A DNA stretch of 64,000 nt, from assembly GCF_000315625.1 (NCBI RefSeq), contig NW_005434655.1, positions 816,541 through 880,540 on the forward strand, in the 5' to 3' direction. The DNA is from Guillardia theta CCMP2712. Taxonomy: Eukaryota; Protista; Cryptophyta. The notes under the pieces were generated by a model that worked only from the letters and a program-made list of their open reading frames with translations, was not told the DNA's origin and did no database searches. Below, one piece after another: positions 1 to 12,818 of this stretch. The first letter of the stretch is position 1. Each line of letters starts with the position of its first letter. Made by a program: the position numbers and the translations under genes.

Positions 1-70
1 AGGAGATGCTGGTGGAAGGAGCGAAGAAGATCACTGAAGCAGAGGAGAGCGAAGGTGGGCAGAAGCAGGT

Positions 71-104
<34 letters not shown>

Positions 105-289
105 AGGCGAGGAGGAGGAGGAGGAGGAGGAGGAGGAGGAGGAGGAGGAGGAGGAGGAGGAGGAGGAGCAGCAGCAGCAGCAGCAGAGCAGCAGCAGCAG
201 CAGCAGCAGACGAGGAGGAGGACGAGGACGACGACGAGGAGGAGGAAACAAGCTGTAGCCGCAGCTGCAGCCGCAGCACTCATTCTCAC

Positions 290-1509
290 CCGGACCGAGG
301 TCTTGTCCATCGAGACGCCCCAGCCCCACCTCGTTGAGCAGCTGGAGCAGGCGAGCAGAGTCCGTGACAGACCCGCAAACTCCGAGGTGGGGGTAGCAGA
401 TGCAGTCAGCGAGGCTGCCCATGGGCATGTAGACCTTCTGCGGGAGGAAGAAAACCGGATCCCCCAGCTGGACTGAGCCTGACCCTGACTCCCAAAGGCC
501 GCAGAGGACGCGGAGGAGGGAGGTCTTGCCTGCTCCGGAGGGCCCCATGATCAGGAGGGACTCGCCGGCCTCCAGCGTGACCCGAAGATCCTGCACAAGC
601 TTGCGGACGGTGCGGGGGACGCAGACTGACAAGCTGCGGATGACGAGGCCTTGGCCTTCAGCCTGCTGTGAAGGCGGAGGGGAGGAGGAAGAGGAGAAGG
701 TCTGCATGCTGATCTCCCGCTCTCCTCGCTGAGACCTGTCGAGGAGGGCAGAGTCCGTGCTGCGATTGACGTCCTCGAAGGTGAAGACCTGTTCGAGCTG
801 CTTGCTCCCGACGATGGCGATCACGAGAGCTTCGAGGCGATCGAGCCCGGTGGCGAAGGAGGAGAACTCGTCCGTCCTGTTGGCGATGACGAAGAGGGAG
901 TAGCGAAGCATGAAGAATGCATCCTGCGCCTGCTTCACGACTCCAAACTCCACCTCTCCTGCAAGGTACTGCGGAGCCACAAGGACGGCCGGGAGGATCC
1001 CAGTGAGGTACTGGGTCGCGTTCTGGAACATCTCAAGTCCGAACATGCACCAAATGACGTTGCGGTTGTTGGCGATGAGAGCAGAGAGGAAAGAGCGAGA
1101 GGTCTGAAGCTCCCGCCCCCCCCCGTTGTACATGGCGATCGACTCAGCGTTCTCTCGCACCCGGACGAGGTTGAAGCGGAGATCAGCCTCGCACTTGCGC
1201 TGGATGAAGTTAAGGACTGTGAGCCTCTTTCCGAAGAGCCAGGTGATGGCGCCGGTGATGAGAATGGAGTAGAGGATCGTGAAGACTGCAAGCTTGCCTG
1301 AGATGTTGTAGAGGATGGCGCCGAAGGAGAAGATCTGAAGGCCAGCGCCGAGAAAGACGACCATGAAGTTGAGAGAGGTTTTTGTGAACGACTCGATGTC
1401 ACTGACGATACGCTGATCCGGGTTGTCGATGCTGTGTAGAACGTCCTCATCGTGGCTCCCCTCCGATGACTGCAATGGTTCATGTCAGAGTTTGCGGGGA
1501 AGAAAGGGT

Positions 1510-1553
<44 letters not shown>

Positions 1554-2355
1554 AAAGATGGGAGGGGAGAGAGAGGAGGAGGGAAAGAAGGGGAAAGAGG
1601 AAAATGCCAAGTGCAGGTGGAAGAAGCTCGAGAAGCAGAGCAATGCACAACGGAGCAGATGAAAAGATAAGGAGGACGAGGACGAGGACGAGAAGGACGA
1701 GGATTAGGACAAGGATTAGGACAAGGAGGACGAGGACGAGGACNNNNNNNNNNNNNNNNNNNNNNNNNNNNNNNNNNNNNNNNNNNNNNNNNNNNNNNNN
1801 NNNNNNNNNNNNNNNNNNNNNNNNNNNNNNNNNNNNNNNNNNNTGAAGCAGATGTTCTTTCCGCCTCCGCTTCTTCCTCGTCTTCCGCCATTGCACCTGA
1901 CGATGACGCCGTCGTCGACGCCGCGGTGGACGAGGAGGAGGAGGAGGAGGAGGAGGACGAGGTACCTCAGCAGCTAGCCTGAAGAATGCTCTCTCATTGC
2001 AGTAGTACAAGGTGATGAGGTGGTTTGTCATCCACTCCCTCCACATGAGCGCCAACCTCTGCAGCGTCCACTCTGGAAACATTCTCAGGCGCTATGCTGG
2101 AAGACGAGGAAGAAGAGGAGGAGGAAAGAAGATGAGGAGGAAGGGACCTTTGAGAGCGAGGACGGGAACGGCCACAGCGATGATGAGAAAGTAGAGGAGA
2201 ACAGCACCCCAGAACCTGCCTTCCTCCTTTTTGGAGAGGGCCTGCCAGACTTACAAGGTCAGGGAGCTGTTGGACAGAGGAAGAGGATCAGAACCGTGAA
2301 GAACTCTCCCTGCTGGAAGTTGAGTTTGACAAGGAGGGAAGTCGTGCCGAAAATC
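290..2355 (-). CDS. ABC transporter, ABCD/ABC_membrane_2 family half transporter; multi-exon, partial (3' end runs off the window, 5' end unresolved)
   Basis: Spliced translation: IFGTTSLLVKLNFQQGEFFT / ALSKKEEGRFWGAVLLYF / LQRLALMWREWMT / IDNPDQRIVSDIESFT...EADLRFNLVRVRENAESIAMY (EAA-like motif). Walker A GPSGAGKT at ~521-549, then FFLPQKVYMPMGSL. Confidence 0.92.
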
Positions 2356-2390
2356 TGAGTCGAGGTGAGGAAGACGATGGGAACGCAGAG

Positions 2391-2447
<57 letters not shown>

Positions 2448-2453
2448 CACGTG

Positions 2454-2488
<35 letters not shown>

Positions 2489-2720
2489 TAGACAGAAGGA
2501 AAAGGATAGGGAGAAGGAAGAGGAGGAGATCAGCAGGAAGGAGGCAAGGACGAAGGATAATCATTTTAGTCTTGAATATGGACAAGATCATGAGGGAGGA
2601 GGGCGAGGGGAGGGAGGAATGAGCTGAAAGCACATCCCATGATGGTCTACAAGTGACTCTTGACCTCCCCAGTCTGCAGCAAAGCATCAGCTAGCCACGT
2701 GCTGGAGGTGAAGGAGGAGA

Positions 2721-5700
2721 ATGAAATCCTGGGTCAGTGCCCTCATCCTCTGGCTCCTCTTCAACATGCAGGCTGCACCCGAGGCTCGGAGTGACCCTGG
2801 ACATGTCGATGCCGCAAGAGCTCCCTGCGCTCTTCGCTGGAGACTTGAGCAGCTGGTCTTGAGAGGAGGGGTCGATGATCAAAGGCTGCAGCAGACATGG
2901 AAGGACGTCAGTGTCATTCCTCTCCCCTCTTTCGTGCCTGAGAGCAAGTTGGCAGAATCTTTCCCCACTGGACCAAGAGCTCAGGAGGAGGAAGAGGAAG
3001 TGGAGGGAGGCTGTGCAAGAAGAAAGTTCTGACTTCGTTGAAGAGAGCAAGGAAAGCCATTCAGTGCCGCCATAGTTCTCCTTCCTGTCCTGCTGACGCG
3101 CCTCATGCAGGATCTGGACCCTGATCGCCCTGATGCCTACGTGGAGCCCGAGGTGACTAGTCAAGACCTTGCGCGAGCTCGCTGCTGATTCCTCTCAGGA
3201 GCCTGTTGAGAATGAAGACTTCGATAGAACCGGTATTGTAGTCCCTCCCTCCCTCCCTCCCTCCCTCCCTCCCTCCCTCCCTCCTCTCCCTCCCTCCCTC
3301 CCTCCCTCCATCCATCCNNNNNNNNNNNNNNNNNNNNNNNNNNNNNNNNNNNNNNNNNNNNNNNNNNNNNNNNNNNNNNNNNNNNNNNNNNNNNNNNNNN
3401 NNNNNNNNNNNNNNNNNCAATTCAGGGTCGAAAGACCAGGAGGAGGAGGAGGAGGAGAGAGAGAGGAGGAGGAGGAGGAGGAGGAGGAGGAGGAGGAGGA
3501 GGAGGAGGGGCGACCGACGGCGCAGCCTGACCGCAGCGACAGCATTGGAGGTCATGCCGGAGTATGAGGAGGAGCCCTTGACAGGCAAGCTGAATGTGAG
3601 GTTGAGAGACAAAGTACTTGTGTTCTGTGTGCTGCCTTCTGTCCTCTGAACGCTATCGCAGCTCACTTTCATGTTGACTAAGAACGATTACAAGAAGGTG
3701 CTGCCACCAGTCCTCTGCCGCGTCACCTGCTCGTTCACCCTGATCTCCTCCTCCTCCTCCTCCTCCTCCATTCCCTCTACGCGCCTCTTCTTCCTCCTCA
3801 ACTTCTTCTCCTCTCCACCGTCTCCTCCTCTCCAACTCCTTCCCCCTTCACTTGTCCACCTCCTCTGCACCTCCTTTTTCCTTCCACTCTTCCTGCTCCT
3901 CCTCAGCTGCTCCCCTCCCTCCTCCTCAGCACCTCCTTCGGATTATCTTGGTGTGATGTTCAATTGAAACACGTCTCCAGCGACTGTCATACTCGGAAGC
4001 TATCGAGGTCTGCGTTCCCTCCTCCTGATCCTAACCTTGACGCTCCAACAAACAGGTCGAGCGAATATGGCAGAACAATCGAGCTGTCCTGCAATCTCAG
4101 AGGTAAAATTCGCTCTTCTTATTTCATTTCCTCAGCTCCTAATTCGGCCACATCAGCGAATCAGACCACGACAACCGAAACTTGCTGCCGTGGGAGCAGG
4201 TGAGGAATCAGATGATCGTGGAGACGGTGGAGTGAGGATGGGATGGTGTAGAATCAGGGGGTCGATGCAGAGAAGGGCGGCGACAAGGAAATCGGGGACA
4301 ATGGTCCTCTCTTGACCATGCAGGAAGCAAGCCAGATGCTTGACGAGGCTATCGAGTACGTCAGGGAGCGAGATCGAGGTCTTGAATTGTGGGCAGAGGA
4401 GACTAGAAACTGACGGAAAAGCTGTCAAGCTCGACTGATGTACCGCGGCGAACTGTACAAAGACAGTGACGGTGAGCGTGGTTGAGTTGTTTCTGCAAAG
4501 GTGACTGTACTGCAGATGTAGAGATGAAAGGGATTGAATACAAGGGTGAGGCATGAAATGTTAGTGTCGGAGTTGACAACCAAAAGATAGACAACAAGAA
4601 CGACAACAGACATCACCATCACATTCTTGACAACAAGAGTCAACACCAAGTTCACTACCTCAAGGGACAAGAGACCATGAGCAACACAAGTCTACAAGAT
4701 GCCTTGATGGCTCCCGAGGACCCCGAGCCAACGCCGAACCTGTTCGATGACTACGAATACTGTGATCTGAAATCATGCATGAGATATGAAGCCCTGAAGG
4801 CTGTTGCAGACAAGGAAAAGAAGAAACGAATCGACTCCGACGACGTATATATTGTGTCTTGTTCATGATCATGTTTTCATTGGCTATGATGTCTTCTTGG
4901 CCATCATATCTGTATCATCCAAGATGTCTTCACTAACCAAACATGTCTCTTTTCATCAACAAGCAAGACATCAGTCGTGTCTTGTGATATTTTTGCTCCT
5001 CAGTCGATTCGAAACCTCGTTGCCTCTGAACTCTTGAACGTTTCTTCCACGACAAGTAAGATTTCTTACGGCGAGCTTGTCTCCGGGGAACCGCCGTAAG
5101 TACCTCCTCTCCTGTCCTTGTTTCCTCCTCGAGATTGAATTTGATTTCTTCATCATGTCACTTCTTGTGACCGTGAAATTCTGAACGCAGCGACGAATGG
5201 CCTTTCCGACCTGGAAGGAGGACCAAGGATAATATTTTCGACCACGAGATAGACGAAAATCTCCTGGAAGTCAGTTGGACCTGGTGTTGTGCACGTTTCT
5301 CAGCTCACTGCAGAAGTACACCCTCACGTGGGACAAGATCTTGAAGAACGAAGAGTTCTGGATCGAGAGGATTAAGAGGTCTATGGACAGGGAGGTTTGT
5401 CCTACCTCTCCCGTGCTGCCCGTGTTGTCACCCCTGGGTTCTCATGACCATATATGCTGATGTGAATTTGAATGAGAGATTCTCCTTCCCTTCACTCTCC
5501 TTCCCGCTAGTCTCTTCCCTTTCTCTCTCCTCTCCTCCCCACCCTTGTCTCCTCTCAATGCTCTTCCTTCCCCCCTCTGCTTCTCTTCAATCCCCTCCCC
5601 TCTCCTTCCCCCACCTCCTCTCCTCCACCCTGACCGCTCCCTGCTCGCCGCAGTACTTGGAGACTCTCCTGCAAGTGCGGGAGAAGTGGGGATTCGTCCC

Positions 5701-8157
5701 AGTGCCTGACGTCGATGTGGAGGGAGTGACATGCTGGAACTCGACTGTTCCTCCTCCTCTGCTCCCTCCTCCCTCTCCAAGGCGAGACGACCTCATCCTC
5801 CCCGATGCATTCAAGACGTTCGCTGCTGCTGTCTGGGCAGCGAAAGATGGAGAGAGAATCTTCTTGAGGGCTGGAAACCACACATGGAAGGGAGCAGAGT
5901 AAGAGGAGGAGGAGAAGGAAGAAAGTTGGGAGGGGAACACGGGAGGAGGAGGAAGAGGGAGGAGGAGAGATTGACAGCTGTTCTCCGCAGGTCAAGGAGT
6001 GACCTCGCCATCCAATATGACGGGATCTTTATGAACTCAAAACTCCCTCCTCGAATCATCGAGGTGCTCTTTGGCATCGTCAGCGTCCCCAACTGTGAGC
6101 TAGATCCCTTCCTCCTGGCTTCTCCTGACCTTCCTCCTCCTCCAGTTCTCCGTGCAGAACCGACGCTGAACCTCCTGGAGCTCGAGCAGGCAGGGCAGGA
6201 GGAAAGTTTCTGCTTGCATGTCACCGGAGAGGAAGGAGCGAGACTGTGCGGGAGGATGATGCTTCAGGCCAACTCGGTCGGCTCCTTCCTGGGGGTGCGA
6301 CTGGCGATGGAGAACAACAACAGCTACCTGGAGGACGAGAAAGACGATGCGGTTTACATGAATGCGATAGAGACGAGGGGGGGGCCATGGCTGTTCCAGC
6401 ACTGCGAGCTCAGAGCTTGCGGGGCCGTGGCCCTGTGCGCGGCGAGACGATCGCTGACCAAGATACGGCAGAGCGTGATAGGAGGGGTATCTCACCAGCG
6501 GGAACGTCACTCGGGAGGAGGAAGAGCGACGTGCGGGCTGCTGGCAAGGGACTTTGCCAGGGTCGTGCTGAACGAAGACACGATCGAGATGACAGGGACC
6601 GTTATCCTACCTGCGCTGCATGCGGTCGGGATGAGCCAGGTCTCCGTAGACAGGAGCGTGTTCCAGCGTAACATTCACTCGGTCGGCGTGCTGGACAGAG
6701 CGCAGGTGAAGCTCTCGAGCTGCTTCCTGCAGAACAACTTCCAGGGCGCGTTCCTCGCAGTGAACAAGCAGGGGGAGGTCGCACGGGATGACGAGCTGGG
6801 GGAGGAGGAGAGAAGGATGGTGGAGGTTATGCTGACAGAGAGGGCGAAGAAGGAGCAGGGGATGAGAAAGTTCTTCCATCAGTTCCCCATCCACTGGGAC
6901 AAGTACAGGAGAGCATGGACGAGGGTCCCGTCGCGGCCCACCAGGAGGATGGACCCCCTGCTGGGGAACGTGACAGACGGCTGGCTCTACGGCCTTCCTG
7001 GATGGACCCATGGAGTCCCCGACAGCGTGAAGGAGCGAGTGGAGGCACTGATGGACGCAAGTATCGCCTCGTCCTCGAACCTGCTAGAGCTCTCCTCCTC
7101 CGTCTTCAAGTGGGGCCAAGTCGGCTGCCCGCTGTCCCTCCGGATCGCCAACGGAGATGCGGAGGGTGACCAGCTGACCATCAACTTCAACGGAGGCTCC
7201 CACGAAGCCTCGCTGCACGTGCGGGGCTGCAACGTGTCCGGGGCCCTGTGGTCCACCAACGATCGTCCGGGAGTCTTCAGGAGCGAGGACGTGCTGGAGA
7301 TGCAGGACGTGTGGAAGGAGACGTTCGTTGAGGGGCCCTACCGCATGAACTGCTCCCACATGCTGGAGCAGTTTGGGTTCAAGTGGGACGAGAGCATGCG
7401 GGACTGGCTGAAGCCCGTCCGGCGAGCCGACGGCTCCTACGTGTTCGTGCGATGGAACGAGACGAGGTTTGAGGACGAGGCTCCTGGAGGGTATCCGGGG
7501 ACACCGGAGGACTACCCGATGTTCGACCCTGAGACAGGAGCAGAGATCTTGCCGCTGAACGAGACGGTAGTGAAGAGGAAGTCTATCCCCTTCCTCAACT
7601 TCGAGACCGGCGAGCCCCCAAAGGCGATCGCCGAGCACTGGAAGAAGGAGAAACGCATCATCCAGCTGAAGGAGCTGCTGGAGCTGAAGAGGCTGCGGGA
7701 GGACCCCGAGTACTTGACCATGAAGCTAGGTGAGCTCGAGCATGCTCCTTCTGGAGGGTTGCTGAGTCGAGGATGCAGCAGGGGATCCGGAGCCTGAGGA
7801 GGAGGGGGTGGGGCTGAAAATGAAATACTACAAGACAGACGCCGAGCGCCGCGTCGCCTCCATGCGCCTCCTGGAGAAGTTCTTCAACCGACCCTACCGG
7901 GGCAAACTGTACGTGTCCACTACCACCAACTCCTCCTCCTCCTCCTCCTCCTCTTCCTCCTTCTCCCTCCTCCTCCTTCCTCCTCCTCCTTCTTACTCAC
8001 ACCCTCTTTCTCCTTCCCCCTCATTCCTCCCTTGCAGAGAGGCTGGCAACGAGGAGCCTATCACCCTCTACGACTTTCAGCCCAAGGTCAGGAAGCATTT
8101 CCTTGGGGTCAGAAACGCAGCTGACCCCGACGCCCGCGTGTACTATTACTGTGTTTA
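2721..8157 (+). CDS. Large multi-exon protein: signal peptide + LVLRGG leader, C-terminal right-handed parallel beta-helix (pectin lyase-like/CASH) region
   Basis: GT-AG exons 2721-2906, 2956-3063, 3111-3152, 3199-3232 and further small exons. FAAAVWAAKDGERIFLRAGNH is a typical beta-helix cap. The long exon ~5991-7729 has repeats (FQHCELRAC, VLNEDTIE, VDRSVFQRN, LSSCFLQNN). It could be two genes. Confidence 0.6.
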
Positions 8158-8485
8158 AGTGAGTAAAAGTTCAACACCGTCAGTCAACATCGGCGGCGAG
8201 TCAGGCCCGGACCGGGCCTGCCAGCACTCCGGCAGTCACTGTTGCTGCGTTCGGCCTCAGCCCGGCCGACTCAGCCGCTCAGTGCCAGCGGCCCGGCGCT
8301 CCGAAGTTTGAAGCCGGGCCGGGCTCGGTTCAAGTTCGCCGAGTCGCGGCAGCGAGTCCCGGTGACGGTGAAAGGAGGGAATGAGGGGGATGAGGTCTTC
8401 ACGTGTGCTGGGGAAGTTTGGACCATCGAAGGAGAGGAGGAGAAGGGAAGGGAAGGGGAAGGAGAGGAGAGATGAGGGGGAGACA

Positions 8486-9973
8486 ATGGCGGAGCAGATG
8501 AACAAGATATCAAGAGCTTGTACTCAGGTTGTCGAAGTCTACGGGAGAAGTCTGGTTAAAAGCACATAGATACTCGCAGATTACATGTCCAGAGTGTTCA
8601 TCGATGCTGAGAGTGAAGTGAATCTAATGGCAAAAAGATGCGAAGTGGATTAGGATATCAGATACCCGTGGATTCAGGGAGAAAATGCCAACCGTGCAAT
8701 GGTTGAGGACATCGCATGTGCAGGAGGGATGCGGCCGATGCTGATCTCGATGTCAGGGCGACTCTATGGCGTCAAAAAAGACTCCTCCTCACAGCATCAA
8801 GGTCTTCACACGTCAAAGAAGCTCTTCTTCCATCCCCTTGACAACTGTTTGCACAGCTGAACAAGCGAGGTGACAGACTTGAAGTTCGCGTCACCCTCCC
8901 GCGGCACATACCGGATTCCGTCTTAGATATCAAGGCAGATAATGGAGGTAACGTATCAAACGTCCTCCTCATCGTCTCCTCATCGTCTCCTCATCGTCTC
9001 CTCATCGTCTCCTCATCGTCTCCTCCCTCCAGTCTCCTCCCTCCAGTCTCCTCCCTCCAGTCTCCTCCCTCCAGTCTCCTCCCTCCAGTCTCCTCCCTCC
9101 AGTCTCCTCCCTCTACTCTAGTCTCGAACTCACTTGCCCCGTAGGCTTCAAGTTGGACACCGGAAGCTGGGGAGGGGGCTACCACCTGGAGGCCGCATGG
9201 CCGCAGAATGTGGAGGGGAAGGTAAAAGCAGGAGATGATGTGGAAGTGAACGCGAGCATGGAGGCGGGGGTCCTTCGGATGTTCTTCGAAGTTGAGCAGG
9301 AGAATGCGGACGGAAACAGCAAGAGAGCCGGAGACAAGGTGAAGACAAGCAAGTCGAAGCAGCCGGCGAAGGGGAAGAAGGAGACAGGGAAGAAACAAGG
9401 CAAGAGGGGCAGGGCAGAGGTAGAGGAAGGGGGAGACTCGGCAGAGGTGGGCGCGAGTGACAAGAAGCCGAAGAAGAAGGCAAAGACGATCGTGTCGGAT
9501 AAGAGCACGGCTCTTTCTCTCATGGAGTCGATCGTCGATAAGGCAGAGGCTGAGGTGGAGGTGATGCTGTTTGTCCTACGATGTCGACGCTCGTGATGTT
9601 GCTTGCTGTGCCAGACCAAGCTGAAGAAAGAGAAGGAGAAGAACGACAAGATCAAGCAAATCATGGTAGGTGTGCGTACATGCTGTTTTGGGACATTGAC
9701 GTCTTGGAAGGATAAGCGCAATGAGAGAAAGTCGATGAAGCAAGAGAAGAAGACTGTGAGTTTGCACATGTCATCCATGCTAGAGATGATTCTCATCCCA
9801 GGTGTTGATGCAAAAGCTCAAGGAGGTGAGCTCCAAGAAGCAGGCGCAAGAGAAGAAGAAGGAGGAGGTGATTGTGTGGGATGATATCTCTTTTCTCTCA
9901 ACCGCCATTGCAGGCCCCAGAGACAAAGAGCAAAAAGAAGCGAGTGAGCTGGGGACAGAACGAGTCAAGATGA
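8486..9973 (+). CDS. Hypothetical protein with an HSP20/CS-like beta-sandwich, Lys-rich coiled-coil tail and C-terminal KKRVSW motif
   Basis: Exons give LEVRVTLPRHIPDSVLDIKADNG/GFKLDTGSWGGGYHLEAAWP...NASMEAGVLRMFF. Last exon 9914-9973 reads APETKSKKKRVSWGQNESR*. Confidence 0.5.
8965..9112. repeat. Compound intronic minisatellite: about 5 x CTCCTCATCGT (11 bp) then about 6 x CTCCTCCCTCCAGT (14 bp)
   Basis: Read directly from the sequence. Confidence 0.9.
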
Positions 9974-10139
9974 CGAGGGAGGGGATTACAATGAGAGTGA
10001 ACTTTTAATCTTAGAGACGATGCTCTTCTTCGAGTGATGTGCCTGCACTACCTTGTTGTCATAGACCACAGCCGGCTCCTTTAGCCTGTCAGCCATCAAG
10101 TCCCGATGCTCATTCAGCCCTCTGCTTGCAAGACGGTCA

Positions 10140-11327
10140 CCTCATGATCCCCCCGACTCAAGATGAAACTGCACTTGCCTGGTCAGAGTCGACACATGCT
10201 CGTCCCATCGATGGTTGTGTATGATCTTGCTCCTGGTCCTCTCATCTAGTCGCTGATACCAAGGGCTCAGTTTGACCCTTGGATAGCCGTACTTACCGAG
10301 CACTCCAGGCAGACCTCGTTCGCCGCGTGCTTCCTTCCACTGCATCGTCCCCAGGGACCATACTTGGCTACATGGCCCACACTGCCAGGCCCCGTCAGCA
10401 GGAGCGAGAGCAGGAGGAGGAGGGCAGAGGAGTTATGGGAGCAGGGAGACCCGAGGGAGTTTGTCGTCAGCATCTTTGACTCCTGCAACCATCAACCCGT
10501 TAGATCACAGTGGAGAGGAGAAACTTGGTACCATGGCTGCCGCAGAATTTCTCGCGTCCATGCGCCCCTCCTTGGTGCTACAGCACATATCAAGGGCAGG
10601 ACGAGACAAGAGAGTCTGAGCATCACGATCGAGCTTGTCTCTCCCAGATCTGAAAGGTCGTGCTCTTGTGATTCCGAATCAAAGAGAGCTTCTCCTCGAA
10701 CTCCTTGACGGCAGCAGATTTCTTGGTTCTGCTCTTCCTCTTCTCCTTTGATTGATGCTTGCTGCTGTTCTTTCTCTCCGCCTCCCTCTTTTCCGGTGGT
10801 TTCTTCTTGGGGTCCTCCTGCTTTACTGTTGACCATCGTTTCAGAAGCGACAACGATCATGTTACCTCGGCCAAGTCCTCATCGCTCTCTGATTCTGCAT
10901 GATTGATACGCTGTGTAAGTAAGTCCCCGGAGATGTCCTTCCAAACAAACAGTCATCCTTCATACCAACATCGCTCAACCACTGCAGCTGTACATATTTC
11001 GTGATGGAGTTGCCGAAGGAGTCGAAACCTCTCCACATGCTGCTGATGAATTCTCCCACCTGGAAGACCACAAGTGCTATCAGCTCTCAACCGCATCCGC
11101 TATCATCTGCCGCGCGAGCGAGAGGGTAACACACAAGGTCACGAGTACTACATGCCATCAGGGGCATAGCGCGACACGGTCTTTCAAGTTTACAGCAGCA
11201 TCTGCGAATGGCAATGGGACATGGCAAAGTTCTCTGAGCATCCGATTACATCGAAGCTGTTGCCCTTCGATCTCTCTGCCGCGCCTTCCATGCCCACCGC
11301 TGCTGCCCCTTCCTGCGCCGCTGCCAT
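10140..11327 (-). CDS. Hypothetical multi-exon protein
   Basis: ATG at 11327 (MAAAQEGAAAVGMEG...). Short exon-like segments with GT/AG boundaries and a Lys/Glu-rich segment KQEDPKKKPPEKREAERK. No family recognised. Confidence 0.4.
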
Positions 11328-11394
11328 GATGCCAGCCTTGTCCCAGCGCTGCCCGACAGCTGAACAGAGTGTGATCCGATCATCCGATCGGGAC

Positions 11395-11810
11395 TCCAGT
11401 AGGGCCGGCCCGGGCCCCGCCGGCGGCGCGCGGCCCGGGCCCCGCCGGCCCGCCGGGGCGGCGGGTCACCGGGTGCCGCAGTGCCCGGGGGGGAGAGAGC
11501 GCGGCCGGGGGGGGGGGCCGCGAATCATCGCGGCCAGTGCGGCACTGACGGTGACTGCTGGCCGCGGGCTCAGGGCTTGGAGTCCGACCGACCGTGGCAC
11601 GGCCGGGCGTTGCACCCTGAGTCCGGGGCGGACTCGTGCGGCCCAGTGCGGCCGGCGGGCCATTGGCACTACCGGGCTACCGTCTACCGAGGCTCAGGCT
11701 ACTACCGACGCACGAGCGGGGGCGGCGCCCAGCCCGCCCCCCCCGCGTGCCACTGACAGTGAGTCGGCGGTGCCGCCGCACCGTCACTGGCAACAGGCAA
11801 GGCTGCGCGC
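11395..11810. promoter_or_regulatory. CCGG/CpG-rich island in a divergent intergenic region
   Basis: Very GC-rich, palindrome-rich stretch directly upstream of the minus-strand gene start. Shares 12-mers with the island at 38750-38945. Confidence 0.4.
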
Positions 11811-12818
11811 AAGACAAGTTGAGTCACAAATATAAATTAGTTTCGCAGGATCAAGTTGGAATTCTGCTTGCAATCATCGGAGGGCCACCTCTCGTTTTAC
11901 TGGGGCTGGACCGGGTCCTTTGCGTTGCTTACACCACCCCACCCCCCTATCCTCCAGTACATTTCAGGCTCTCAGTTGGGGGGGACTCGCACCGGATATC
12001 GGGGGAGTGCGGCGGAAGATAGGGTCGTGATTGTGGAGTGTGGTGGGTAGGGGTGGTGACGAAGGATCTTCTAATCGGGGTGGTGGGGGTTCAATTCTTC
12101 CACTTCTGGGGGAATCGGTGCTGTAGTAAACTTACGCAGAATTGAGGGTGGGGGTCCAAAAGTGCTCTTCGGCGGTAGGGTGGGTCCCCCATGTGCGGTA
12201 CCTCCAGGCATGTGGTGGTGGGTACTCTTCGGTTTTTGGGGAACTGGGGTGGGTAGTTTGAGGGGAAATGGAGGGGTGGGGTCAAAAAAGAGTCATGGCG
12301 GTTTGATCACTCATCCCCCGTACGCACAAGTGGAGGACTAGGAAGGGGGACGAGCCGCGTGGCAATGGCAGGAGGAGGAGGAGGAGGAGGAGGTGGTGGT
12401 GGTGGTGGTGGAGCATCAGCAGGTAGAAGGAGCTGGAAGCAAGAGCAAGGGCAGGAGCAGGAGCAGTCATGTAAGATCTGGAGCAGGAGCAAAGAAAAGG
12501 ACACTGAAAGTACCTTGTAGGCTCCTCAGAAGGGGAGGAGCTCGGAACCAGCTCAAGACGATGAAGCTAGGACCCTAGAAAGATGGAGACGGCTGGAAAG
12601 AGAATAAGGATAGCAGGGGGGGAGCGAGGAATCGAATGAGTGCTAGGGGGAATAGAGCACCTTGCTTCAAAGGTGGGGGCGAGGTACTAAATGTGCTGTA
12701 GTGACGGAGGCTCCAGCTTGGGGAGTGTCAGGCAGGGAGCAGATTGCTAAGTCTCAGGTGCAAGCTGCATGTTTCGATGGATACACATACTGCATTCCTC
12801 TGACTCCTCTCATCACAG

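Noticed and set aside
6-476. ORFs with poly-G/Q/L/S, RT, RS or SC runs here and at 1423-1846, 2259-2687, 40100-41900 and 57049-57573
   Set aside because: They are translations of intronic or intergenic microsatellites, or lie antisense to real genes.
10250-10350. CSGRKHAANEVCLEC as a zinc finger
   Set aside because: The reading frame is ambiguous; other frames splice equally well.
11221-11835. 204-aa Ala/Gly/Arg/Pro-rich ORF, and the similar one at 38779-39033
   Set aside because: Stop-poor by-product of GC-rich islands, with no protein-like features.
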